A stretch of DNA of 63,979 bases, counting the filler, from Folioceros fuciformis (lineage: Eukaryota), in the NCBI GenBank assembly GCA_049999805.1. It is 4 parts of 2 records of this genome, joined end to end, with 100 filler letters (N's around TTAATTAATTAA, not from the genome) between each part and the next. Parts side by side here need not be neighbours in the genome. Positions count along the whole stretch, not along the records: positions 1 to 18,022 come from JBNGIO010006373.1; 3 more parts are not named here. One strand, written 5' to 3'. Below the pieces are notes generated by a model. The model made no database searches. It saw only the letters and a list, made by a program, of their open reading frames with translations, and was not told the DNA's origin. Shown here one piece after another: positions 1-9,990 of the stretch. Both the position numbers and the translations under genes were made by a program. The first letter of the stretch is position 1; each line of letters begins with the position of its first letter.

Positions 1-265
1 CAGTCTGCGTCCGTCTGGAATCCACATCTATGTTCTTTTTCCTGGTTCTACGCGGTTGGAGGAGAGAACGCCGGAAGTGTGAATTATAACCAGGTGCGTT
101 GTAAGACAAGGAGCCCGAGAGTGGGACATCGCTAGGGGATCTCCAAGTTTTACTATCCCCAGTCGAGAGAGTTTTACTGCAGCGCAAGCAAAATCGTGGC
201 GCCATGGTTGAAGAAAAATCGTGGGCCATGGTGCTCTACAAGCTCGAAGAGACTTCTGGAGATCC

Positions 266-1307
266 CAAGTTCTCTGCTTGGAGGTCACACGGATTATAAG
301 TACCTGAGGTGGCAGGTGCTTGATACGCCTGGCATTCTGGATCACCCGCTGCAGGACCGTTATCTTATGCTGAGTGTGACAGCGCTTGCTCATCTCCGTG
401 CAGCTGTGCGTTTTGTTTGTGAGCTGTCTGGGCATGTGGGTATTCTCTAGCTGGCAGAGGGGGTGGGTGATTATCATAGCAGTAAAGAATGCGCCTTTTG
501 AGCGCTTGCTGAACAGCCAAGGGTGGAGGTGAAGATCGATGAAGGCAAAGAAACCATGAATGATTGGTTGAACATGATGCAGATGGCAATGCCCAAGGCC
601 AGAGATGCGAAGGGTAGTTCACCTTGCATTCCGCACGCTGTGCTCGACAGGTGAGGGCGATGAGGACATGGACAATTCTGAAGCAGAAGTACAGTCTGAC
701 TGATGAAGAGGAGACAGAATGTTACATTTGCTTGCCGCGAGTCGGAGGAGGAAGAAACGGTTGCTATTAGAGCATCGAGCAAAGGAAAGTGAGTCACAGC
801 AAGCCTGTCATACGATGCCCAGCACTGCAGATCGGGATGGCTTGTTTTGTCTACAGGCAGAATGATCATGAGAAGACAACTCCGCTCCCCAGTACTAGTC
901 TTGCCAGATCCAAGTCCTGCTGCTGTGGAGAGGGTTGGGCTCGGAGTATGTCTGTCTTCAGGGGAGGAACGAAGAGTCTAGATAGGTGAGTCAGCATGCC
1001 TTCTGAGGACGTGAATGCCCTGGGCATCGATCAGCTCAACAAGAGACCGAGGAAGACAAGGTCCAGATCTCGCTCAAGTCCTGTTCTTGAGGCCCAGCCT
1101 GGATGGAGAGGGCTTCGACAACACAGCTCAGAAGACCAAGGTTGGCCCATAAAGCTGAGCAGATGGCTGCTAAGCAGCTCAACAAGGATGCCACCAAGGG
1201 TGCGAGTGATATAGCTAGCTAGCTAACTAGCTGTACACAACCCCAAACCGATACATCGTTTCTCTGGCAAGCGGTCAGCAGAGCAGGTAAGGCAAGACTG
1301 AAGGTAG
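266..1307 (+). pseudogene. NOG1: NOG1 (nucleolar GTP-binding protein 1) pseudogene, heavily deleted copy
   Basis: [22 protein letters not shown]...[14 protein letters not shown] motif. Later patches (AMPKARD, RSRSRS, C-terminal FSGKR-like) are colinear with the copy at 22797-26576 but carry large deletions, frameshifts and stops. Confidence 0.88.
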
Positions 1308-1559
1308 TAAGCTGTCCGTGCCTGGATCAAACACGGGTATGAAGTGTGATACGAGACGCAGAAGCCACAGCGAGAGTCTTCTTGTCTTATGTGAAGCTCT
1401 AACTGAGTTAGAACCTGTCTTTGCGAAGGACATGAAGGTAGCTGCGCCTTCCTTGGTGACCTCAAGGGGTGGATGGGCTCACTTTCCCCATCTCTTCCTC
1501 AATCACGAAGGTAGCTAGCTACCTACGTGATTTGGGCAGTTTACAGGAGGACAGTCCTG

Positions 1560-1710
1560 ATCAACTTATGTTGAAAGGCCTGCCGTGTGAATTTCACCTT
1601 GCACATGTAGAATTCACCGAGGAACGGATATTCAGACAACAGGCCCGTGGAGAACTTTACCACCTACGTCACCGATTGTGTGACAGACAACACGAAATCG
1701 GAACCCGAGA
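1560..1710 (-). pseudogene. NOG1: Inverted fragment of NOG1 5' coding region
   Basis: Reverse complement reads gaattctacatgtgcaaggtgaaattcacacggcaggcctttca, closely matching caattctacatgcgcaaggtgaagttcactcagcagacctttca ([13 protein letters not shown]) at ~22929-22972. Confidence 0.7.
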
Positions 1711-2300
1711 CAGCGGTGATGAGTTTGCCTGGGCTTACGGAATCGTGTTGGTGTGGTGGGAGAATATTCCGTCTCCTGAATTGGGTACCGACACAGTCTG
1801 GTGTCATCAGTTAAATGAGACAGCAGGTAAAGATGAGGCGCGAGCAGGAGCAAGAAAAATCTCAAGAAAAATTCGTTACGGGACAATCACAACAGCCATG
1901 TGAGATCGACCTATGGTATCTGATGCGCGTGCTCTAGGGAGGTCGGGGGAAGAAAGCTGGATGAGGCCGAGGCGTGCTTGGCGTGCTCTCCTCTCCTCGA
2001 AAAGACAAACAGAGAGGGGATGTGGAATCCACGTTATGGGAGAGAGTTAGGGCAAGGCGGCCACCAACCAGGGAGGAACCACGGTTCGCCCTCTCGGTTT
2101 CCGGGTTCTCTCGGACCTTCTGCTATGGATGCTTCTACATATGTGTATGGCCCGACGAGCTCATGAGGCATCTTAGGGTCGGGGTAGGACCAGAACTTGA
2201 CTCTTTGCTTCGCCAGCTGCCGCGCGATCTTTCCGCTAGCATCTGGTTGTGCGTCTGGAGGCCTAGGCCGGAGGGAGAGGGGTTGGAAGGGAAGGGAGAG

Positions 2301-3740
2301 ATGTCGCCTGGCATGGCTCGGAGGAGCGGGACGTGGTTGCACCAGCTGCGGCTGCTTCTGCTGTGCTTGTCTGTGGCTGCGGCGGTGGTGGCCGAGGCGG
2401 GGCCGGCATTCTACGAGCCTTTCGACGAAACTTGGGAAGGACGCTGGGTGCCGTCCGAGAAGGCGGAGTACGAAGGAACATGGAAGCACGAGGCCAGCAA
2501 GGGGCACGAGGATTACGGCCTTCTGGCCAGCGATGTGGCCAGGAAGCACGCCATAGCCGTGGAGGTGCCGGAGAAGGTGGTGCTGGGAGAGGGGAACACG
2601 GTGGTGTTGCAGTATGACGTGCGGCTGCAGAGCGGGCTGCAATGCGGAGGCGCGTACCTGAAGTTCTTGGAGCCGCAGGCCGCGGGGTGGAAGCCCTCGG
2701 TGCTGGATAACTCTTCGCCTTACACCATCATGTTCGGGCCGGATAAGTGCGGCGCGACGAACAAGGTGCACTTCATCTTCAGGCACAAGAATCCGAAGAG
2801 CGGGGAGGTGGTGGAGCATCACCTGCTGAATCCCCCGGTGCCGGCGGGAGACAAGCTGTCGCATGTGTACACGGCGGTGTTGCATGGGAACCATAGCGTG
2901 AGCATTTTGGTGGACGGGGAGGTGAAGAAGACGGCGGATCTGTTGTCGCAGACGGACTTCAAGCCGGCTGTCATTCCGCCTGCTACGGTAGCTGATGCGG
3001 AGGACAAGAAGCCGGAGAACTGGGATGAGCGGGCCAAGATTCCAGATCCCGAGGCGCAGAAGCCGGACGACTGGGACGAGGATGCGCCTAGAGAGATTGC
3101 GGACGAGGAGGCGGTGAAGCCGGAGGGATGGCTGGATGATGAGCCCGACGAGGTGGACGATGAGAATGCCGTGAAGCCGGAGGACTGGGATGACGAGGAG
3201 GATGGCGTGTGGGAGCCGCCGAAGGTGGCTAACCCCAAGTGTGCCTCGGCACCCGGGTGCGGGCAGTGGAGGAGGCCGCTGAAGAAGAACCCTGCGTACA
3301 AGGGGAAGTGGAAGGCTCCGCTGATCGACAACCCGGCGTACAAAGGCAAGTGGTCTCCCCGGCAGATTCCCAACCCTGACTACTTCGAGCTCGAGAAGCC
3401 GGCGCTGGAGCCTATCACCGCGGTGGCAATCGAGATCTGGACGATGCAGAAGGATATCTTGTTCGACAACATCTTGATCACTGACGACGAGGAGGTGGCC
3501 AGAAAGATCAGGGACGAGAAGTGGAAGCCTAAGTTCGAGGCCGAGAAGAAGGTAGAGGAGGAAGAAGAGGCTAAGAGGAAGGCCGAGGAGGAAGCCAACA
3601 AGGACGACGACGATGAGGAGGACGATGAAGAGGATGATCTTGCGGTAGGCAAGGCCGCGGCAGCAGAGGCTGCAGCGCATGAGATTGACTCGGTTCTTGG
3701 GGAGGAGGAGTCTTTGGGCGAGGTTCACGATGAGCTGTAG
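2301..3740 (+). CDS. Calnexin-type ER lectin chaperone, intronless, no transmembrane helix, acidic tail + HDEL
   Basis: Signal peptide (LLLLCLSVAAAVVAEA), LQCGGAYLK, IMFGPDKCGATNKVHFIFRHKNPK, four KPxxW P-domain repeats, PKC..PGCG disulfide loop, IEIWTMQ..ILFDNI, ends HDEL-stop. Likely start ATG 2301 or 2313. Confidence 0.93.
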   Translation: MSPGMARRSGTWLHQLRLLLLCLSVAAAVVAEAGPAFYEPFDETWEGRWVPSEKAEYEGTWKHEASKGHEDYGLLASDVARKHAIAVEVPEKVVLGEGNTVVLQYDVRLQSGLQCGGAYLKFLEPQAAGWKPSVLDNSSPYTIMFGPDKCGATNKVHFIFRHKNPKSGEVVEHHLLNPPVPAGDKLSHVYTAVLHGNHSVSILVDGEVKKTADLLSQTDFKPAVIPPATVADAEDKKPENWDERAKIPDPEAQKPDDWDEDAPREIADEEAVKPEGWLDDEPDEVDDENAVKPEDWDDEEDGVWEPPKVANPKCASAPGCGQWRRPLKKNPAYKGKWKAPLIDNPAYKGKWSPRQIPNPDYFELEKPALEPITAVAIEIWTMQKDILFDNILITDDEEVARKIRDEKWKPKFEAEKKVEEEEEAKRKAEEEANKDDDDEEDDEEDDLAVGKAAAAEAAAHEIDSVLGEEESLGEVHDEL

Positions 3741-6312
3741 GTTCACGGCTAGACAGATGTTGTCAGTGAAGTGAGTCAGCCAGGTGTAGAAGGGGCGTTC
3801 CGGCTTGGGCAATTTTGCTATGTTACAAGTTAGGGGCTGCTCCACATTCTTTTAATGTTCTCTGTTGCCATTAATCGACCTCCATTGCCGTGTGGGTGGT
3901 TGATTCCGACAGTCCATTTGTGACCATATCTGTATCATGTGCGTAGCTGGATTGATTTCTGGTCTCCACCGGTTCCAAAGGAACGAGGGGTTGATGCGGA
4001 TCGAAGTGCCACACATTGTTTCGGGAAGAATTGTTTCAATGCTTTTGTGATGGTGGAAACAGTTGCTGGAAATTGACAGTGTCTTTTTTATGTCCAGGCG
4101 GAGCCCAGAACTCCATCCGTCCTGTCTTTGTCGCCTCGAAAGTAAGGTAGATGTAAACAGAAGTAGGTACCTCGCAATCATACACCAACGGCCAGGGAAT
4201 TTCCTCCCCTTGATCATCTTGGATGCTCTCCAGGCAGGCTTGGCTTGGAGCGGAGGCTTCCAGAACAAGACTGACGAGAGGTGGAGAGGCTTCCAGAACG
4301 AAGCTTTCAACACTCGATTGTACTCGACGGCTGTTCTTGAAGCTTGTCTCCAAGAGTGTTAGAGGCATGAAACACGTGTGAATTCGTGGTAGCCCCGGCC
4401 AGGAAATGCAGTAAATGAGAGTGGAAGCCAGACTGACACAAAGGCGTTAAGCTTTCCCGAGTTGAGTTGGTGAGACTCCGTAGTTGGTGACGGAGAAAGG
4501 AGTATCCAAAGAACCTCCATGGTCCACACAACCTGGCCCAGGGTGTCATGTCATGTCATGTTGGACACTGAATTCTTTTCATCTCGGATTCGGCCTGCTT
4601 CGGCTTCGGCTTCAGCCTGGGTCGTTACATGCTTTACATTGTGGCCTGAAGTGGTGGCGGTTGTTAGGGCGTGGCAGTGTGGACAGAGGCCACCGCACCA
4701 CCTACACGCAATCTCTTCGGGCATTCAAGCCTGGTGGCGAAGACAATAACGAGAGGCAGGCCGGCCTGTGCTGTACCAGACATGGCTGTCATGACGAACG
4801 CGCACGGCATTCACTGCCCGGGCTGCTCGGCTGTGCAAAGTAACGCTATGCTTCCGCATCTTTGATTGCCCTTGCCCTCAGCCGAATAAGGCTTGCTTGC
4901 TTGCCCGCCTTCGGATTGGAGAACCCGAGAAATGTGTGTACAGTACTCTTGCATTCCCCATCTCTGACTCCCGGGGGCCGGACCTGCATCGCTGCCAAGC
5001 AAAAGACTGACCTGGGACTGGAGTGGACTGGGACGGACTGGGAGGGGATGGAAGGAAGGACGAGGCGGGTCTCTCCTGACCGACGTGTGTAAACCCTAGA
5101 CATGAGTCCGTGAGCCGCAGATAAATACTCAATAATGTATGCGTCCGATGAGTTCGCGAATCATAGAATATACTGCAGTCAAAGTCGGAGTGTGTACAGG
5201 GACATTAGTCCCACATATCCTATCCAGTACCACACGTAGGTATGTACAGTACATAATCAGCTGCACCTGGATTATCCCCGAGCTTTATTAGGCGCAGGAA
5301 ACGGGCGTTCGGATAGGAAGATCCCGGGGAATGTGGGCGGCACTGCGCACTCATCTCAATCGGACGCGCAGGCCTGGGAACCGAGACAGACAGACAGACA
5401 TGGCACCGGCCGAGCTCACCCGGGCCCCGCCACATAGCAGTGTCGGTGTCATGTCGGCGAGGATCTGCGCCCAGACTAGCGCTCTCCCGCGGTGTGGTGC
5501 TGGGTAATGCGGGTCCGGAGCGCGTATAGCCCGGGGGCTTCCCGTTGCTGAGGGGCTCTGTGTTCGTCCCCGTCTTGTGCCGCCTGTCCCGTCCTGGGCC
5601 TGGCTCGCGGCCGGGCGTGCCTCCATCGGCCGTGATGGTCGCCTAAACTAGTCAATGAATGTACTGGACACGCAGACCTGCGTCTGCACCAGCCCCGGGT
5701 CTTCCAGTCCCGGAGAAGAGACACTGCCAGCCAGCCTCTGTGGACGCCCCGGCGGTGTGGGAACCTGGGCCTTCTCCACTGGCTGGCTCACTCTCCAGCG
5801 CTGCTCTCCCCATCGCTGTCTGCCGGATCGACACGAGGCGTCTGCTGCACTCATCCGTCCTCGCACAGCTTGCGGGGAGCGTGAGCCAGCCGGAATCGGG
5901 ATAACAACAGCAGCAGCAGCAGCAGCTGGAGGGGCAGGGTGAGGACAGGTGGGGGTGTGGAGGGGAGAGGCGGGGCGGTTGGCGGGTGTGACGGTCTGTT
6001 TCGGCTTCTGGGATTTGGTGTGGCGGGGAATTTCAATCCGGCTGCTCTCGGCTTGTGTCGCAGATTTGTGTGCTGAGGCGCGCGGGGAGGACGGGACGAA
6101 GGGAGTGCGGGAGAGGTTTTGACATGAGAACGTGGAGGGTTGCGGTGGCGAGAGTGGCTACGCGAATTGGGGAGGATGGAGGGAGCCGGACGCGGAGAGT
6201 GCTGGAAGGTGAGGGATGGGCTGGTTGTTTCGTTGGATGAGGAATTCCGGAGATGTGGCCCGCCGGCTGGCTCTGGGTTGATGTGCGTGCGTGTGGAGCA
6301 GGTGCGGCGGAG

Positions 6313-6777
6313 ATGAACCAGCGGTGCCGGTACTATAGCATGAGTGCGGCGGGGGATTGCGTGCCTCCGCACTCTGCGGTGGTGTATTTCGTGACCGGGG
6401 TGGCGGGGATGGCCTTCATCCTCACCCTCACGCTCTTCTTCATTTGCTGCCTTTGCTGGAGGAAGCGGCAACGGGACCGGGCGGAGGCGGCGTTCAGGCG
6501 TCAGCAGGCGCAGGCGCAGGCGCTGGCGATGCACTATCCCGGCACCAACCCGCTCTTCTTTCAGTCCCAGGTGCCGGAGATGGATCCCCGGCCCCGGGAC
6601 GACGACGTCGCTATGGTGCCCGTGGAGGGGAAGAGCCCCAGCGTGTGTGTCATCATGGCCGGGGAGGAGAAGCCCACCTACCTCGCCCACCCGGTGGAGA
6701 GCGGGAGCGACTTGCCTACCTCGCACCAGCCCCTGGAGGCCCACAGTACGCACCAGGCCAGCAAGCCCAGCAGCTAG
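6313..6777 (+). CDS. GDU: GLUTAMINE DUMPER-like single-pass membrane protein
   Basis: HS..Y...G..M...L TM helix ending CxWRK, and the C-terminal family signature VIMAGEEKPTYLAHP. Start ATG 6313 or 6340. Confidence 0.8.
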   Translation: MNQRCRYYSMSAAGDCVPPHSAVVYFVTGVAGMAFILTLTLFFICCLCWRKRQRDRAEAAFRRQQAQAQALAMHYPGTNPLFFQSQVPEMDPRPRDDDVAMVPVEGKSPSVCVIMAGEEKPTYLAHPVESGSDLPTSHQPLEAHSTHQASKPSS

Positions 6778-7890
6778 CTGGAACCTGGCAGGACGGCAGC
6801 GCGCTCCACAGTCCGCTGCTCGGCGGGGGGAGGGGGGGAGGGTCGCATTTTTGCAGCCTGACACCACACCATGTTTCACCCAGACCAACTTCTTCACTTC
6901 ACCGGGAGACTCTACTACTCAACCGGAGGTAGAGTCTACTTCCATCACCACGCTTGGTCTGGCAGCGGATGGGTGCAGGAGCAGGGAGTAGGGATTCAAG
7001 TGTCCGAGCAGCATGCGGATTGCCTGTTGCTCTCAGACCAGAGCGGGTTCCAAATTCCGACCACCTGCTCTCCTCTGCTCCCCTCTGCTCCCCTCAATCA
7101 TGTCTGTCTTCCGCAGTGTAAATAAGATGAGGGAAGCCACACAGGGCTTCCGTGGCTGGAATGTTGCCCTCAGTAGGAGACTGCAGTCCTCCTTCCAGCG
7201 CGTTTGGAGGCCACAGGTGCTCTCATCACCTTCACTCGATGCTGGCAGTAAGGCAAGTGCTGCATCTCAACACAGCTCACCAAAAGTCTCACCTCTCTCG
7301 GGATGTGTGGACTCTGTGTGGACTCTGGACATATCTTGTTGTTTGCTGCCTGCCCTGACCAGTAGAGGAGGTCGGGGTAGGACCCATTGCGTTACAGCTA
7401 TGTCTGTTTCTGGACGTGCGCAACGAGGACATTGCATTAGACTCATGTATCTAGACGTGTGCATTGAGGTTTACGGGACTAGGGTACAACGCATATGGCT
7501 TGAGGAACAGGAGCATAAGACGTGTGTGGGTGCATGGTTAGCTCTGCATGGATAGATATGTCACGACTCCTGATCCGGCAAAGAAGGAAGTTGGGTGTGC
7601 CTGAAATTAGTCATTCATAGCGGCATGACCGTGGACTTGGTCCCGTCGATTTCTGATCCTTGGTCGGGAGCAGCCGCTGGAATGAGATTCCTACCATATT
7701 GGAACCTCGGTTGCCAGCCTTCGGTTTGATGTAAAAACTGGGATTTACTCATTTGACTTTTCCCTCTCCGACCAGTGTATTCTTTTAAACCTACTTCCGT
7801 GATCACCGATTATTTGAGAGTTTGCCAATACCCATTGCAGTCAACATAGCACAGATTTTTGTCGTCGGTGGAAGCAAGTGACACAAAAGA

Positions 7891-7964
7891 GGAAGCCTCT
7901 AATATGCTAGATGGACCGACCTTGCTTGGAAGCCTCTAATATGCTAGATGGACCGACCTTGCTT
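7891..7964. repeat. Perfect 37-bp tandem duplication
   Basis: ggaagcctctaatatgctagatggaccgaccttgctt x2. Confidence 0.9.
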
Positions 7965-8055
7965 GGAGAAGGAATCGAAGTTTCCATTTCTTTGCATTCT
8001 CCTGGGTACTAATAGTTCACATAAAAGTACATAGCTTAGCTTTCCACCCAACCCA

Positions 8056-8420
8056 TGCAATATTAGGTTAATGAGAATACAAAGACATGGTGCAATATTA
8101 GGTTAATGAGAATACAAAGACATGGTATTGGGTTATCACTAGATCACTAAGAAGAATGAGAATACAAAGACATGGTATTGGGGAATGAGAATGCAATTCC
8201 TAGGAATGAGAATACAAAGACATGGTATTGGGGAATTGGGGAATGAGAATGCAATTCCTAGGACAAGACATGGTAGGGGGGAATGAGAATGCAATTCCTA
8301 GGACAAGACATGGTAGGAGGGAATGAGAATGCAATTCCTAAGACAAGACATGGTAGGGGGGAATGAGAATGCAATTCCTAGGACAAGACATGGTAGGGGG
8401 GAATGAGAATACAATTCCTG
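8056..8420. repeat. Minisatellite, ~40-bp unit with variant subunits
   Basis: Repeated gaatgagaatgcaattcctaggacaagacatggtaggggg and the precursor-like variant aatgagaatacaaagacatggt. Confidence 0.9.
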
Positions 8421-9990
8421 GTAGAATTCTTGGGCAAATATAGGGTGTTTTACAGTACAAGTTATTTGCAAAAGCAATGCTATGAGCAATAGTGAGATTA
8501 GAGCTATGCCTAGCTTCATCAGACACAACGCCTTTTATCAAGAAGCTCTTGAATGTCACGTAGTCAATTCCTACCAAAAGCCCATTGATCATTTCGTTTT
8601 GCTATGTGGACTTGTAAGTGATCAAGGAGAGTGGGTAATAGATAGTGATTTTGGGAATAGAAGAGGTATTCTTGCTGCTTTACTAGGGGCTGCAATTCCA
8701 TCTCGATAGATATAGAGCAAAGACATGCAATGTTCATAGAGTAGCGGATAACAAGGCATCAGTTCCATTTGACAATCAAGAGCTGTCCACAAATTTAAAG
8801 CCTCATACCAAGGCATCCAGTGTTATTTGACAAGGAGCTAGCTATAGGGCTGCCTCTAGGAAGGCCCCAGGGCATGATTCCATTATTCTTTGCCAAGGAA
8901 CCAGCTAGGGCATTCAGTGTTCTTTTCTAGCAACTAGCTATAAAGCCAAGAGCTTCAACACTACAAATGATGCAAGTTTATTGTCCTCCGCTTCATCTTG
9001 TGGAACTCATGCAAGCTTAGAGCATGAAAGAAGAAGGAAAAGGGGAAGTCCAAAAATGAAGAATTCAAAACAAAGCCCGTGTGGAAAAATCATCTACTCC
9101 AACCGCACAAGGCCCAACATGGGATTTAGAATATGTAGAGACATTTTTCCTTTGGCGCTAATCCAAGGCGTATAGCAGTAGATAATGGTGCAAAAAAAAA
9201 TAATCTCGTGCTTCGAATTCAACCCATTAGCGACGATATCAAGCTATTAGCAATGATATCATTATTCCAAGTACAAAAGGACAAGGTTCTCTAGTGTTTG
9301 CTAATTCACGAAAAATAAATAGGTTGTCATCTGGGAAGCCATCAAGTTGGTTTCTGATCATTGTTTAACTATCGTACTGCAAATGTTTATCAATGGCTGA
9401 TCCGGTCGCAAAGGAGACTCAAGCTCCAACCTATGGTTCCCTGATTGAGGCTTTCATCATGCCAATAATGAGCTGCTGTTAGGCTCCTATGGACTACGGT
9501 CAGTGTACCTCCAAAGGTCTGTTTGCTAATTTGGGGTTTCTTCCAAGCGTGTTGACCAACGACAGATAGGTGGGATGGGTTGTTGGTCGTAGCAGGTGAG
9601 GAATTGTGCCAAATGTGCAGTGTTGGGGCTTCTAACAAAAGCCAGCATTTTGTTTTTCATTGCAAATATGTACAGGTTGTTTGGAGACAGGTAGGCAAGT
9701 GGCTACAATCCCTCTTCCCTAACATCAATGTTACGATCTCGGATCAGACTACCTTCTTCGACCTCAACAACGTCTCAGGCAAACCGCTATTCCAACAACA
9801 ATGGTGGGGATTGGTGTGGAGCTCATGTCTCTCGAGACTTTGGCTTAATTGGACGGCAATGGTGTATGGGGGTAAAGAGCCAATATCTGTTCAATCCTTA
9901 TTGTGGAGGATATGGGAACATATTTTGATTGCGGCTAAAGGTGTGAGGACAGTCACACCGCATAAGTTCAAGAACAAAGAATGTCGAAAG

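Noticed and set aside
1974-2300. N-terminal 109 aa of the 588-aa ORF call
   Set aside because: Begins at a non-ATG codon; the signal peptide starts at ATG 2301/2313, so this is 5' UTR or upstream sequence.
2034-3845. 603-aa antisense ORF over the calnexin gene
   Set aside because: Shadow frame produced by strong GC3 codon bias; no protein-like motifs.
5851-6897. 348-aa minus ORF and other overlapping frames around the GDU-like gene
   Set aside because: GC-rich shadow ORFs with low-complexity translations.
8056-8420. CRISPR-like appearance of short repeat arrays (also 41193-42270 and 56695-56905)
   Set aside because: Head-to-tail units without unique spacers, no cas genes, eukaryotic context.
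8482-8709. EWVIDSD motif resembling a Copia protease start
   Set aside because: Too short and degenerate to support a feature call.
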